Shown: positions 10,012 through 19,553, counted from the first letter of the stretch. The stretch: 32,451 nucleotides of DNA from Piedraia hortae CBS 480.64 (GCA_010093745.1 MU005983.1:186001-218451), one strand, 5' to 3'. Made by a program: numbers and translations. Notes: generated by a model from the letters alone, not told the origin.

Positions 10012-11326
10012 ATGGCGCACTCAATATTCCGTTTCCCCTACTACTGCGGCTTGCCTGGCTGCGAGAATATCTGCCGCTATGTACTAGGTGGATATTACCC
10101 TGTGCATATCGGGGACATCTTGCACAACGGGTGTTACAGGATCTTGCAAAAGCTAGGCAATGATAGTTTCTCAACTATCTGGGCAACGAGAGATGAACAG
10201 TAAGATTTTTGCATCGTCTCTTATTGACCCAAAAAGCTTGTTATTATACAGGGAGCAAAGATTTGTAGCGTTAAAAATTCCTGTTGCAGATGCTCGATCA
10301 AGCCTTGAGACGACCATTTTGAAGACTTTGGCATCAAGTGGGAGCAAGCATCCCGGCATATCCTACTTACACGTCCTGCGTGACGAGTTTGAGCTTATTG
10401 GACTAAACGGAACACATAGTTGCATTGTGACGGATGTTTATGGTGTTCACGTCGGGCTCGATTTGGAGAATAGATGTGTCTCACTCAATGCTAGTGCTGC
10501 AAGGAGGCTTCAGCAGCAAGTCTTACAGGCCCTCGACTGTTTGCACCAATATGGCATTGTGCATGGTGACCTGTACTCTGGAAAGGTCGTATGGACAGTA
10601 CCCGGCGTCAATAGTCTTACGGAAGAGAAATTCCTGCGGTTCTTTAAAACGCACAGACTGAAGAAGTGAAGAGCAAGGATGGATCTCTACTTCCACCGAA
10701 TGTACTCAGATAGCTTGTGATGCATGACTATCGTCAAACTCGAGCTTGGAATGAGGACGTCATCATGCTCATAGATTTCGGACAAGCATGTTTCATGGGT
10801 TCTCCGCCAGATAAGCTTAAAACTTCGATCTGTTATCGACCTCCTGAAATCTTTTTCCACGAGAACTTCGACGAAAAGATAGATCTGTGGAGTGCTGGTC
10901 TTTCGGTAAGTTGCTCTTTTCTTTTGATATCTCCGCAAGCTAATTCTAACAGTGTTTTGTGTTCCTGGCCACCGTGCTGTCAATCGACCAAATGATGTGG
11001 ATTGAAGGGGATCTAATCGATGGGTTGCAAAGATCAATTCATCACCAGCCCCCTGCACTTTGGCAAAAAGAATGGTAAAAAAAAACGTTACTGAGTACAG
11101 TGATGACGAATCCGAGGATTCCCAGCACATCCGAGCAAGATTTGAGGCACATATTGAGGAGGACGACAGTCATAAATTGCAGGATATGCGAACAGAAGTG
11201 TTTTGCAAGGTCGCGGGGCTTTTCGACAAGGTACTATGATGGGATCCCAAAGAGCGCATCTCGGCAAAGGAAGCTCCTGACTTGGACTGGTTTAAAGATC
11301 CTCCTCATCAGTTCGAAAGAGATTGA
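10012..11326 (+). pseudogene. SRPK-like (fungal CMGC/SRPKL) protein kinase pseudogene
   Basis: Motifs GGYYPVHIGD..KLG..FSTIW, FVALKI, HGDL, LIDFGQA, YRPPE..IDLWSAG and WDPKERISAKEA..DWF. Introns at 10200-10251 and ~10906-10952. Lesions: a frameshift near 10645-10660, TAG at 10711-10713 and TGA at 11237-11239. Confidence 0.9.
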
Positions 11327-11612
11327 CTGCTAGTATCGTTAAGTGAGTGAAAAGCTACGTCCATGGCAACTCGTAGTTTAACAAAGTTCCGTATTTCTTT
11401 GACCCTCTGTTGTTGCCGTCATAGACCCAAATGAAAGGTACAGCTGCTCATCATTTTTGAGCGTACAATTGCTAAATCTGATCATGTCTGGCAAGCAGCC
11501 TTGACCCAAGGCTCTCCCCGCAGCTAGGTATCCTGTTTCTGTTGATTGCGTCGGGCCTTCTACCCTAACATTACCATGATGAATGGAGGGCCACTCACGC
11601 GAACCCTTGCTT

Positions 11613-11989
11613 CTAGGGCCGACAGCGCCTATCGATAATGTGGTAGGCTTTGCACTTGTTACAAAAGTGGACTTCTTCTGCGTCTGTTGACAGATTGCTG
11701 ACCGCTTCGACGATATCATTCTCCGGGAATATGACAAACCCTTTATATTCCCAATGGTCGTCGTTGCTACAGTCGAAGTAAACGTGTGCAACGCAACGCC
11801 TATCCCGAAGCTTCTGCTCGGCTGTCTGTAGGAGGACAGTGACGTGCCATTTTGAGTCAGTGTCGCTGTCATGGAGCGCACACCTATAGAGCAGTTGGCG
11901 GAGTGATTGAAACGTTCACATCACGAAACTAACTTCAACAGCACGCGAACAAACTTGAGGAGCCGCGGGTGACAAAGTAACATCACCAT
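11613..11989 (-). CDS. Small spliced His/Cys-motif protein (108 aa from ATG 11989; exons 11989-11934 and 11883-11613), possibly the truncated remnant of a gene starting near 12111
   Basis: A 50-nt intron GTTAGT..GCCAAC..TAG joins MVMLLCHPRLLKFVRVLLK to CALHDSDTDSKWHVTVLLQTAEQKLRDRRCVAHVYFDCS..CNKCKAYH..RCRP* in frame. Not listed in the ORF track. Confidence 0.55.
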
Positions 11990-12190
11990 TTGTCGACAAA
12001 GTCTTCTGCCAGCTTGGCTATATGGGGTTCCAATCTGCTGCAAATTCCATCCGGCAAGGCAAGGCGTTCTCGAACTGGAGCCACAGGAGCGTCCTTTTTC
12101 TTGGGTACTATCGTGGGCCTGTACGTTGGCACAGTGAAGCTGAAGAGTGATATAAAGCTTAGATCAAAGACATTGTTTGTTGGCAGGCAA

Positions 12191-12282
12191 AATGGCAAAG
12201 CAATGGCAAAGCAATGGCAAAGCAATGGCAAAGCAATGGCAAAGCAATGGCAAAGCAATGGCAAAGCAATGGCAAAGCAATG
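12191..12282. repeat. Minisatellite (AATGGCAAAGC) x 8 perfect copies plus a partial copy
   Basis: Counted directly. It generates the periodic spurious ORFs (CHCFAIALPLL / KAMAKQWQSNG). Confidence 0.97.
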
Positions 12283-13621
12283 CCACCACCTTCCAGATGA
12301 CCATAGTGAGTAAGAGCGAGAAGAGCACTTTGATCAGGTGGTTGACGTTCATGCATCTTGAAAACTAGTATCGGCCTGCTTCCTACGTTAGCCATCGACA
12401 ACATCAAATAAATTCTCATCGCGAGATTGATGGCAATCAGAGCAATAACGCTGCATCTTGTCCGCGACAAGAAAACGATAGCAAATGGATGAACTGGATA
12501 CTACAAGAGTCAGTAATTAGGACATACCTTTGAGAAAGACACGCATTAAATCGGAGAGCGTTTGACAATGATATGAGAAGATGAACTGTGTGGAACGGGA
12601 ATTTGCAAAGTATGGCAGCCAGAGCGTTAATACCGCTTCAAACAGGTGATAAGAAGAAGACGACAAAACAGTGGTAATTGCGATTAGTCAAGACACCTCG
12701 ATTGGGAAGGCGCGTCCAAAGGGAACATATTTGACGCTAAACGTGCATTCTATAGAGCGGTAAGTAAACATCATTCAATGAGTGTCTTCGTCATCCAGCA
12801 ATTAGCCTATCGACGCGAATGCTATGTGCATATAGTTATATTTCCGCGCGCGTAGGTGTGTTGATGCGCTTTTTTTTGAACCGAAAACCCACACCTCCCC
12901 TTGCTCGCTCGTGATCGCCAAGAAATTCTCATAATAGTATTCACAACAGATCTCAACCATACACACCGCCTACAGCGATGCGCTTCTCGCAGAGACATCT
13001 GTCAGACGGGGAGGAGAGAACGCATACCTCAATAGATAGCAGAGTGAATCTCTCTAGATTGATGTCTTCTGGGAAGAAACCCTCCACTAAATACAAGTGA
13101 GACCTTGAGATACTGGATTCCCAGGACCTTATCTAAAAGGGGATTTGTGGGCTGTAAGACTCGCTGCCGAGTGCAACCTTGAATAATGGCAGTAATGTAT
13201 ATCGCGATAGAAACAGCTGATGGGGTTGTCTTATTGTACAGGAATGGTTGCTAAGCGTTAGCCTGCACCGGTCTTATCCACAGGCATATCGGTTCAACAG
13301 GCAACAAGCACCTCGACGTGGAGCTCTGAGATTATTTCTAGGGGGAGAGGTGTCCTGAGAAGACTCAGAACAACAGGATGCACCGAATTGCGAAACTGAC
13401 AAGGCTGTTGATGCAGGAAGAATGTCAAAGGTGGGTTCTTTGACAGAAGCTGCAAGCCAATTTTTACAGTGAAAGGTTGCTGGACATGAGAAAGGTTAGG
13501 TTTCTCTTTGTTCATTCTCATCTTACATCCAGCTTCATTTGGCCCCTTGGAAAAGAAATACCCCTATACATCTCCGGAGGCAAGCCAACGACAGCGAACA
13601 CAGCATGTAGAAGGTTCTGAA

Positions 13622-14219
13622 TTAAGTACACTTCTCAACGGCTGCCAAAGAGCCGTCATAACTCCCGAGCGCAGGGCCATAGTACCCCTTGGATCCCGAC
13701 TTCAAGGTACACGTAGACTTGGCGAAACACGCACCATTTTGACATTGTGTACTTTTACATGACCAGTCGCCCTTTGGTAGGGTGCTCGTGTGTAAATTCA
13801 CGGTGCCATTGTAGTGCCCTAAGCTTTCCGTTGGGAGCGACATAGTTCTGCCAGATGGTAACGGTGAGGTTGCTTTTGGCGTCATGGCTTGAAAGGTATG
13901 TGTAAAAGGAGTTGTGTGCGTCGGTATTTTTGCATGGAGAATAGCACCCCTGTGCCCCTTTGACACTGATCCAAGAGATGCTGCAGTATGCGCTAGCACC
14001 GGCTACGGGCGCAGGTGCTGGCCCGTGTTTGGGTGGAGATGACACTGTTTCATGCGTAACGGTATAGTTAAGAGTGTAGATGAAGTTGAAGAGAGTCAAG
14101 GTGAGGGGGGAAGTCAGATGGAAGACTTCCTGCGTTGCAGCTACATCGCTCTTGGGAAGGCCAAAGGCGGGGGCGGCGATGGAGCCCAGCAGGAAGAAAA
14201 TGGCGGTTATGAACTGCAT
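13622..14219 (-). pseudogene. Small secreted Cys-rich protein gene with one apparent frameshift near 13820 (or a sequencing error)
   Basis: Signal peptide MQFITAIFFLLGSIAAPAFG. Frame 1 looks protein-like to ..NYVAPNGK, then the overlapping frame continues GHYNGTVNL..WSCKSTQCQNGACFAKSTC..KCT*. The span is 598 nt (3n+1) and the joined product has 8 Cys. Confidence 0.65.
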
Positions 14220-15046
14220 CTTTGGAAGTCAAAGATTTCATGCAGAGGATGCGAGCTTTTATGGTAGCATCATCGCTTGGGGTCGCTACTCTGGGCAGGA
14301 ATCGTTGGGGAATTACGAGGTCTCGAGTTCGCTAGCTCTCGGGAGGGAACTGAAAGCATTGAGTGGTGATTGATAGGGCTGCAATGGACTGCTTATTATA
14401 TGATGCCAGGGCCATGATGAGGAGTGACAGGCGGAGAATGCTTTTTTGAAAACGCTCGCATTGCTGGAAAGTTACGATAGAATCGTGTTCCGGTCATGTG
14501 TGAGATTTTTGACAGGTGACGTATGACAGTGTCTGGAAGGGCCGGAACGTGCTGTGGAGGAACGGGCCGAAGGCAGGAGGATAGGGAGGATGGTTGTACG
14601 TATGTACGTCATTACACATGGACCGCGTCGGCCTGTGACTCACCACCAACAGTAGCAGAGCGCATCCGCCATGTTGCATGCGACAATATCCCGAGGGGAA
14701 CTCTAGGTGAAGGCAAAGCTTAGGGGCTGCTATTAATGTCAGAGATGTTGCTGACGGGCTGCGCACAAAAGGCGATGCCTGACTTCAAAATAAGACCAAA
14801 TTCCCTGATGACGGGCAGCCTGATGCAGCCGAAAGCGGCTCTTCTTTTTCATCTTGAGCTTCTCGTTCCCTTCGAAGACAAGACTAGATGAAGTTAGTCA
14901 GCTCGAGTAAAGTCTGTTCAACGGAGGAAGTTGCTGCGAAACAACCTCGAGTTCAATCTAGGGATGCCAGTCTGCAGCAAAACTTATCTAGTTCAACGCT
15001 CAAGTTTTCAGCGAAATGCAGTCGCGCTTTGTCATGCAGCATGCGT

Positions 15047-15273
15047 TCAGCTTGAATTGCCACTTGTAAGATCGCTCGTTGCATGCACGCCGCAGGGCCA
15101 GTATGAAGAACAAGAGTCAGAAAAAGCAATAATCAGCACAATATAAGAAATCACAACGCGCACAGCCGCAAATGGCTTGAGCGTCTGGCAACAGACAGCC
15201 CAACCAATTAGCATCACTCTAAAATTGTACTCACCTGCAGCCCCGCGGTGGTGACGCTGCTTGCTGCTGACAT
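15047..15273 (-). other. Spliced minus-strand partner, copy 2: possible 58-aa peptide (exons 15273-15235, 15184-15047) or a decayed gene/ncRNA
   Basis: CTGCAG|GTGAGT donor, GCTAAT branch site, CCAG acceptor, 50-nt intron. The spliced frame is MSAASSVTTAGLQTLKPFAAVRVVISYIVLIIAFSDSC..*. The frame is not conserved in copy 1. Confidence 0.4.
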
Positions 15274-15537
15274 CCGACTTCAGCAAGGCAACGCCACGCC
15301 ACGCCTTCGATTAGCCAAAGGGCTCAAACCGATATTGCTGACTCACTCAGTCGAAGTCTATTCCAAGATGGCATTTCCCTACAATCATGCAATGACAGGA
15401 ACATTGCTGCCTTCGCCTCTTTCACAGCTGAACAACAATACCATGTCGGCTGAGCCTTAGCTACGCAGTCACAGCCCTCAGATATCGCCGATCGTGAACA
15501 ACGATGACTTTGCCTGATGCCTTGACATCCCACCAGG

Positions 15538-15544
15538 TATATAA
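15538..15544 (+). promoter_or_regulatory. TATA box of the 15597 gene
   Basis: TATATAA 52 nt before ATG 15597. Confidence 0.6.
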
Positions 15545-15596
15545 GATCCAGTCCTCACCATTCCTCTCAACTCAAGTCTTAACTCACAATCAAATC

Positions 15597-15998
15597 ATGG
15601 CGTTCTACATATACTGATCCACCTACCCTCGGACGACCATCCTCGACTTGAAGATCGCAATGCCAACACCCCGCTATATTGTAGCGGAGCCAGAAAAGCA
15701 ACCCAAGGCCCAACTCAAACTCATCCAACAACGGCCCAAGACTGATGTCCACGTATGCATTGAAGAACGTTACCCATGCAAGCTCGAAGCCGAGCTTTCA
15801 AAGTGTCCAAAAACCCGGTGTTGCGAGTGCATCACACTGCATAATGACTTGCTCTATGAATTGGAGGAGTGCATCTGTGTTGGAAAGGTAACAAGGATTC
15901 GGGACAAGGAGCCGAGAAAGTGTCATTGTGGAAAAGGATTCTATTGTAGGCGGTATTGTTGGGAGAGGAAGCGGATTTGGTATGAGAAGGATTTTTAG
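15597..15998 (+). pseudogene. Orphan family member C, Cys-rich, with an in-frame TGA at codon 7 (15615-15617); alternative start at ATG 15660
   Basis: MAFYIY*STYPRTTILDLKIAMPTPR aligns with member B on both sides of the stop. The rest of the frame is open to 15998. Confidence 0.65.
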
Positions 15999-16354
15999 GT
16001 GAATAAGCTGCTTGGGAAGATGGGATGATGAAGAGTTCGTCGTTAGTGGAAATATTTTATGGCGATTTTGTTTATGCGTTGTGATATTTGCTTCACGGGC
16101 TTGTATCCATAGGTCGAGAATGTCACCAAATTTGCGGTACTCTTCCACGGTGGAGCAATTCATGTCCATTGGCCCCTGGAAATAATATCCCTGACCAGTG
16201 CGAATGCTAAAAGTCTAATTCCATTGGGTCATGACGTAGAAAGTAGACTACAAACTTCGATACATTTTACACGATCATATAAACCCCCTCCCCCTTTTCA
16301 AACCCTCCACAAGCACGCAAGTCGAGATGGATAAGTAACAATCTTTGCACATTC

Positions 16355-18595
16355 TCAACTGACTCCGCCTCCAAACTGACTCTCTTTATCCTCGGTCGGG
16401 TAAAAGTATACACCAACGGCGATGATGATGTACGATGCAATGAGCAATGAACCTTCAAGATAATTGCTCCGTCCATCGAGGACGAGAAAGTTGACGACAA
16501 AAGCCGTTACGAACAAGCTGACGGTTTCAAAGAGGTTAAAGTAGAGGCTCATCTCCGTGTCCAGGATCCAACCGAGGAGGACGACAATAGGCGTTACGAA
16601 GAGGGCGATTTGTATGCTGGAGCCGACAGCCACGCCGATTGAAAGGTCCATTTTGTTCTTCATGGCTACCGTCACGGCCGTAACGTGTTCGGCAGCATTA
16701 CCGACGATTGGCAGGATGATAAGACCGATAAAAGCCTGAGAAACAGGAGAAGACTTGATCATGCTCGGGATAGCATCGACCATAAACTCGGCACAGACAG
16801 CCACGAGAGCGGTCGTGAGGAGAAGTAGGACGACAGCCGCGGTGCGAGACATTGAAGGCTCTTGATCCTCTTGCTCTCCGTTTCTGGAGGGCTCGGTGGT
16901 CCTGCGTCGGATGACATATGGCGGAAGAGGGCTATTGACAACGGGCGACTGCTGTACCAGCGACGGAGCTTGCGGTCGGGGAAAGTCTGGCAAGGAGGTA
17001 GCACGGCGCAGTCCTGGCGCAGCCGACCGAGTGCGAACCGGACCAACCGGGCGTGCAAGCGGTTCCGGTCTGGGCGTGGTAAAGACCGTGTTGGTCAGCA
17101 TTTTGGGAAGAGCGGGCCGGTAGTGACGAGGAAGTCCTCGCTTGTTAGACGGAGGCTTTCCCGGTGTGTCGGGTTCTTCTGCAAAGTTGACCTGCAACGG
17201 TGGAGCTTGGACTGCAGCTTCAACTGGCTTTTCCTGTTCGGCTGTGCGTTCAGGACTCGTGCGTTGCTTCCTGTGCTTGCGCTTCTTCTTCTTTTTTGGC
17301 TCCTCCACGACGGATTTTTTGGAGTCCTCGGCGGGAACAGCGTCCGTTACAAAGTCGCGGATGCGTGGGCCGCCTTCATCATCCCCATCGTCAATAACAG
17401 CGTTGGAGGGAACGTTTTCCAGATAGCTTCCTCTACGTTCAGTCGAAGGGGAGCTAGCCGCCGCGCCCACAGACGAGTTTGCCATGCTACTGTTGCTCGC
17501 ATTGGACTTGCGATGACGGCGGTGTTTGAACATCTTCTTGCGCAGCTTCTTTCCACTGGTAAGTATAGAACCCGAATCAGAAGCGCTATCCGACGCACTG
17601 TCATCGTCGGACGAAGAAGAGTTCATGATGTCAGCCAAGACTCCGGGATGAGACTCCTCATCGATGACCTCTTGCGGCGTGCTCTCGTAGAGGTAGGCAT
17701 GGGACTTGAGCTGAAAAAGGAGGTACAGGACGTACACTACCAAGAGGATGACGCTGGTGCCGCGGCTGATATACAGCACAGCGCGGTCAGCCTGGCTTGA
17801 GCTCTGTTCGTTGAAGGAAGCATGAAAGGCGGTCGGCAACAACAGACTCATCACGCTTAGACTGAGCAGACAGGCACTCATCTGGGTAACTGTGCTGTTG
17901 TAAATTTGCTCACGATAGAGGAGGCCGCCAAAAAGAAAACTCATGCCGAGGATGAGCAATAAATTGGCCAAGATAGAGCCCAACAGAGACGCCTGGACGA
18001 TGCGAATCTCCTTTTTTACAAGGGCTATGACGAAGATGATCAATTCGACGGCATTCCCAAATGAAACGTTAAGGAGAGCACCCCAAGTATCACCCATGCG
18101 GGCAGCGACGGCTTCGGTGGCATGGCTCAGTAGCCCAGCCAAGGGCACAATTGCGATGGCATTCATGGCGAATACCAGCGTAGCGCTCATGCCAGCGGCT
18201 TCCATGGCGATCCCAATGGGTACAAATATCAGCAAGACATTGGTCCAACTGTGCGTAATGGCATTCTTGGTGTGCTTGCCAAATCTCACAACACCGGCCG
18301 AGATACGCTTGCCCCAGGGTGGCTTTTCCTCCTTGGTCTTACTTTTTTCGTCCTTTTTCTTCTCCTTGTCGCCATGATCTCTGGACTCTGCCGCCCCATC
18401 TGTCCGTACTGTCGGCTCTGTATGGTTGTTCCGCCCGCCATCAACGACGGTTTGCTCTTGGACGGTCTGCGCGGCTTGCTGCGCGTGCAGTGGCAGGCCT
18501 TCTCCGGGAGTTGCGGCGGGAACAGTTCGGGCAGTTGCGTGAATCCTGGCCTGCGAACGATATCGGTCTGTCTGGCTGTTAGACGTGACGCTCAT
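16355..18595 (-). CDS. VCX1: Vacuolar Ca2+/H+ exchanger (CAX/Vcx1 family) with a long central cytosolic insert
   Basis: Alpha-1 repeat GNAVELII, SLLGSILANLLLILG, FQLKSH, alpha-2 repeat GNAAEHVTAV..KNKMDL..GSSIQIALF, and DGRSNYLEG. Family assignment is confident; strict orthology to VCX1 is less so. Confidence 0.9.
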   Translation of the reverse strand: MSVTSNSQTDRYRSQARIHATARTVPAATPGEGLPLHAQQAAQTVQEQTVVDGGRNNHTEPTVRTDGAAESRDHGDKEKKKDEKSKTKEEKPPWGKRISAGVVRFGKHTKNAITHSWTNVLLIFVPIGIAMEAAGMSATLVFAMNAIAIVPLAGLLSHATEAVAARMGDTWGALLNVSFGNAVELIIFVIALVKKEIRIVQASLLGSILANLLLILGMSFLFGGLLYREQIYNSTVTQMSACLLSLSVMSLLLPTAFHASFNEQSSSQADRAVLYISRGTSVILLVVYVLYLLFQLKSHAYLYESTPQEVIDEESHPGVLADIMNSSSSDDDSASDSASDSGSILTSGKKLRKKMFKHRRHRKSNASNSSMANSSVGAAASSPSTERRGSYLENVPSNAVIDDGDDEGGPRIRDFVTDAVPAEDSKKSVVEEPKKKKKRKHRKQRTSPERTAEQEKPVEAAVQAPPLQVNFAEEPDTPGKPPSNKRGLPRHYRPALPKMLTNTVFTTPRPEPLARPVGPVRTRSAAPGLRRATSLPDFPRPQAPSLVQQSPVVNSPLPPYVIRRRTTEPSRNGEQEDQEPSMSRTAAVVLLLLTTALVAVCAEFMVDAIPSMIKSSPVSQAFIGLIILPIVGNAAEHVTAVTVAMKNKMDLSIGVAVGSSIQIALFVTPIVVLLGWILDTEMSLYFNLFETVSLFVTAFVVNFLVLDGRSNYLEGSLLIASYIIIAVGVYFYPTEDKESQFGGGVS

Positions 18596-18839
18596 CTATG
18601 GTTGTGAAGGAAGTGGGGATTGGGGAGAGGATCCACCTGCCAAACTTGACAGTTGACAGCTGTCTACGGTAGCACTTACGCATTGCTAGAGTACAGAGGG
18701 CCGGATCAGTCACTGACGATGGACGACGATGATGTGATTCGCAAACAGGATATCATCACGTGATATGTTTTGTGTTTGCGCGCACTTGTCCCAAACGGGA
18801 AAGATCATCTCGGTCGCCTCGATGATTTGCGGGGAAACA

Positions 18840-19439
18840 TTATCTCGGTCGCCCGGATGATTCTCGTGCTCGAGCCCGTATGCTCCTTGATACCAGCTCC
18901 AGGTCCTGCTTAAGACGTTTGCTTTCTGCATCATCTTGCAACCGCAATTCACGCAGTTCATGTTCCCGTTCCCTCGAGGTCATCTTCTCAACTCGCTCTT
19001 GCCAGTGGCTGAACGCTTGTGAAGCACCGTTGGACGTCACGTCATTGTCCGCTTGGAAGTTGGAAATCTGGCGGTGGGTCTTGGAGAAAAGTGGATCGAG
19101 TTGTGTCATAACTGCCGCCACTTCTGCCACACGTTGGCGCGTGGTCCCCAGTGTGTACAGTGGCAGTCCCTGGCGCACGACCGCCGTTGTAGGTGTTTGG
19201 GTCATTTCCGTTTCAATCTCCTGAATCAATTGCTTCGTTTGGCCCAAAAGGTCCATGGTCCGTTGCAGCTCTGCCTCGTGTTGTGTCCAAAGCAAACTCA
19301 TCTTTGCGGGCGAAGACAAAACATCCGAAACTTGAGACTCTGCCTCATCGTTCATTCTAGCTAATGGTTTATCCAGCAGCTTCGATGAGCTCTGCACCCG
19401 CTTGCGTGTTTGCCGAATAATAGCTCGCGCTAAAGTCAT
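18840..19439 (-). CDS. Hypothetical helical/coiled-coil protein (199 aa)
   Basis: An ATG ORF with Q/E/L/R-rich heptad-like composition fills most of the VCX1-DID2 gap. No recognisable family. Confidence 0.5.
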   Translation of the reverse strand: MTLARAIIRQTRKRVQSSSKLLDKPLARMNDEAESQVSDVLSSPAKMSLLWTQHEAELQRTMDLLGQTKQLIQEIETEMTQTPTTAVVRQGLPLYTLGTTRQRVAEVAAVMTQLDPLFSKTHRQISNFQADNDVTSNGASQAFSHWQERVEKMTSREREHELRELRLQDDAESKRLKQDLELVSRSIRARARESSGRPR

Positions 19440-19553
19440 TTGTGTGCTATGAATTGGGAAGGAACGGAAGGTTAGATTAGGGTTATCAGGTTTCCAGTGG
19501 TCCCCACAATATGATAAGATACCTGCCCATATAAACGCCCCAACTTAACAAAA

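Larger units (their letters stand above)
14820..16080 (+). repeat. Copy 2 of the diverged direct segmental duplication (partner ~7870-9400)
   Basis: Same colinear blocks as copy 1. The ends are approximate. Confidence 0.85.

Noticed and set aside
11378..11881. 167-aa minus-strand ORF in the track
   Set aside because: It starts at GTG, and a different frame with a clean intron gives a more protein-like product.
11990..12470. ORFs with repeating CHCFAIALPLL / KAMAKQWQSNG peptides; a CRISPR-like reading
   Set aside because: Translation artefacts of the 11-bp minisatellite. The units are contiguous with no spacers, and the host is eukaryotic.
7870..16080. Direct repeats read as the LTRs of a retrotransposon
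   Set aside because: No TG..CA termini, primer-binding site or gag/pol remnants were seen, and the repeats contain ordinary gene structures.
16850..17650. Long Ser/Lys/Pro-rich insert in the Ca2+/H+ exchanger
   Set aside because: Expanded central loops are familiar in filamentous-fungal CAX proteins, so this is not considered novel.
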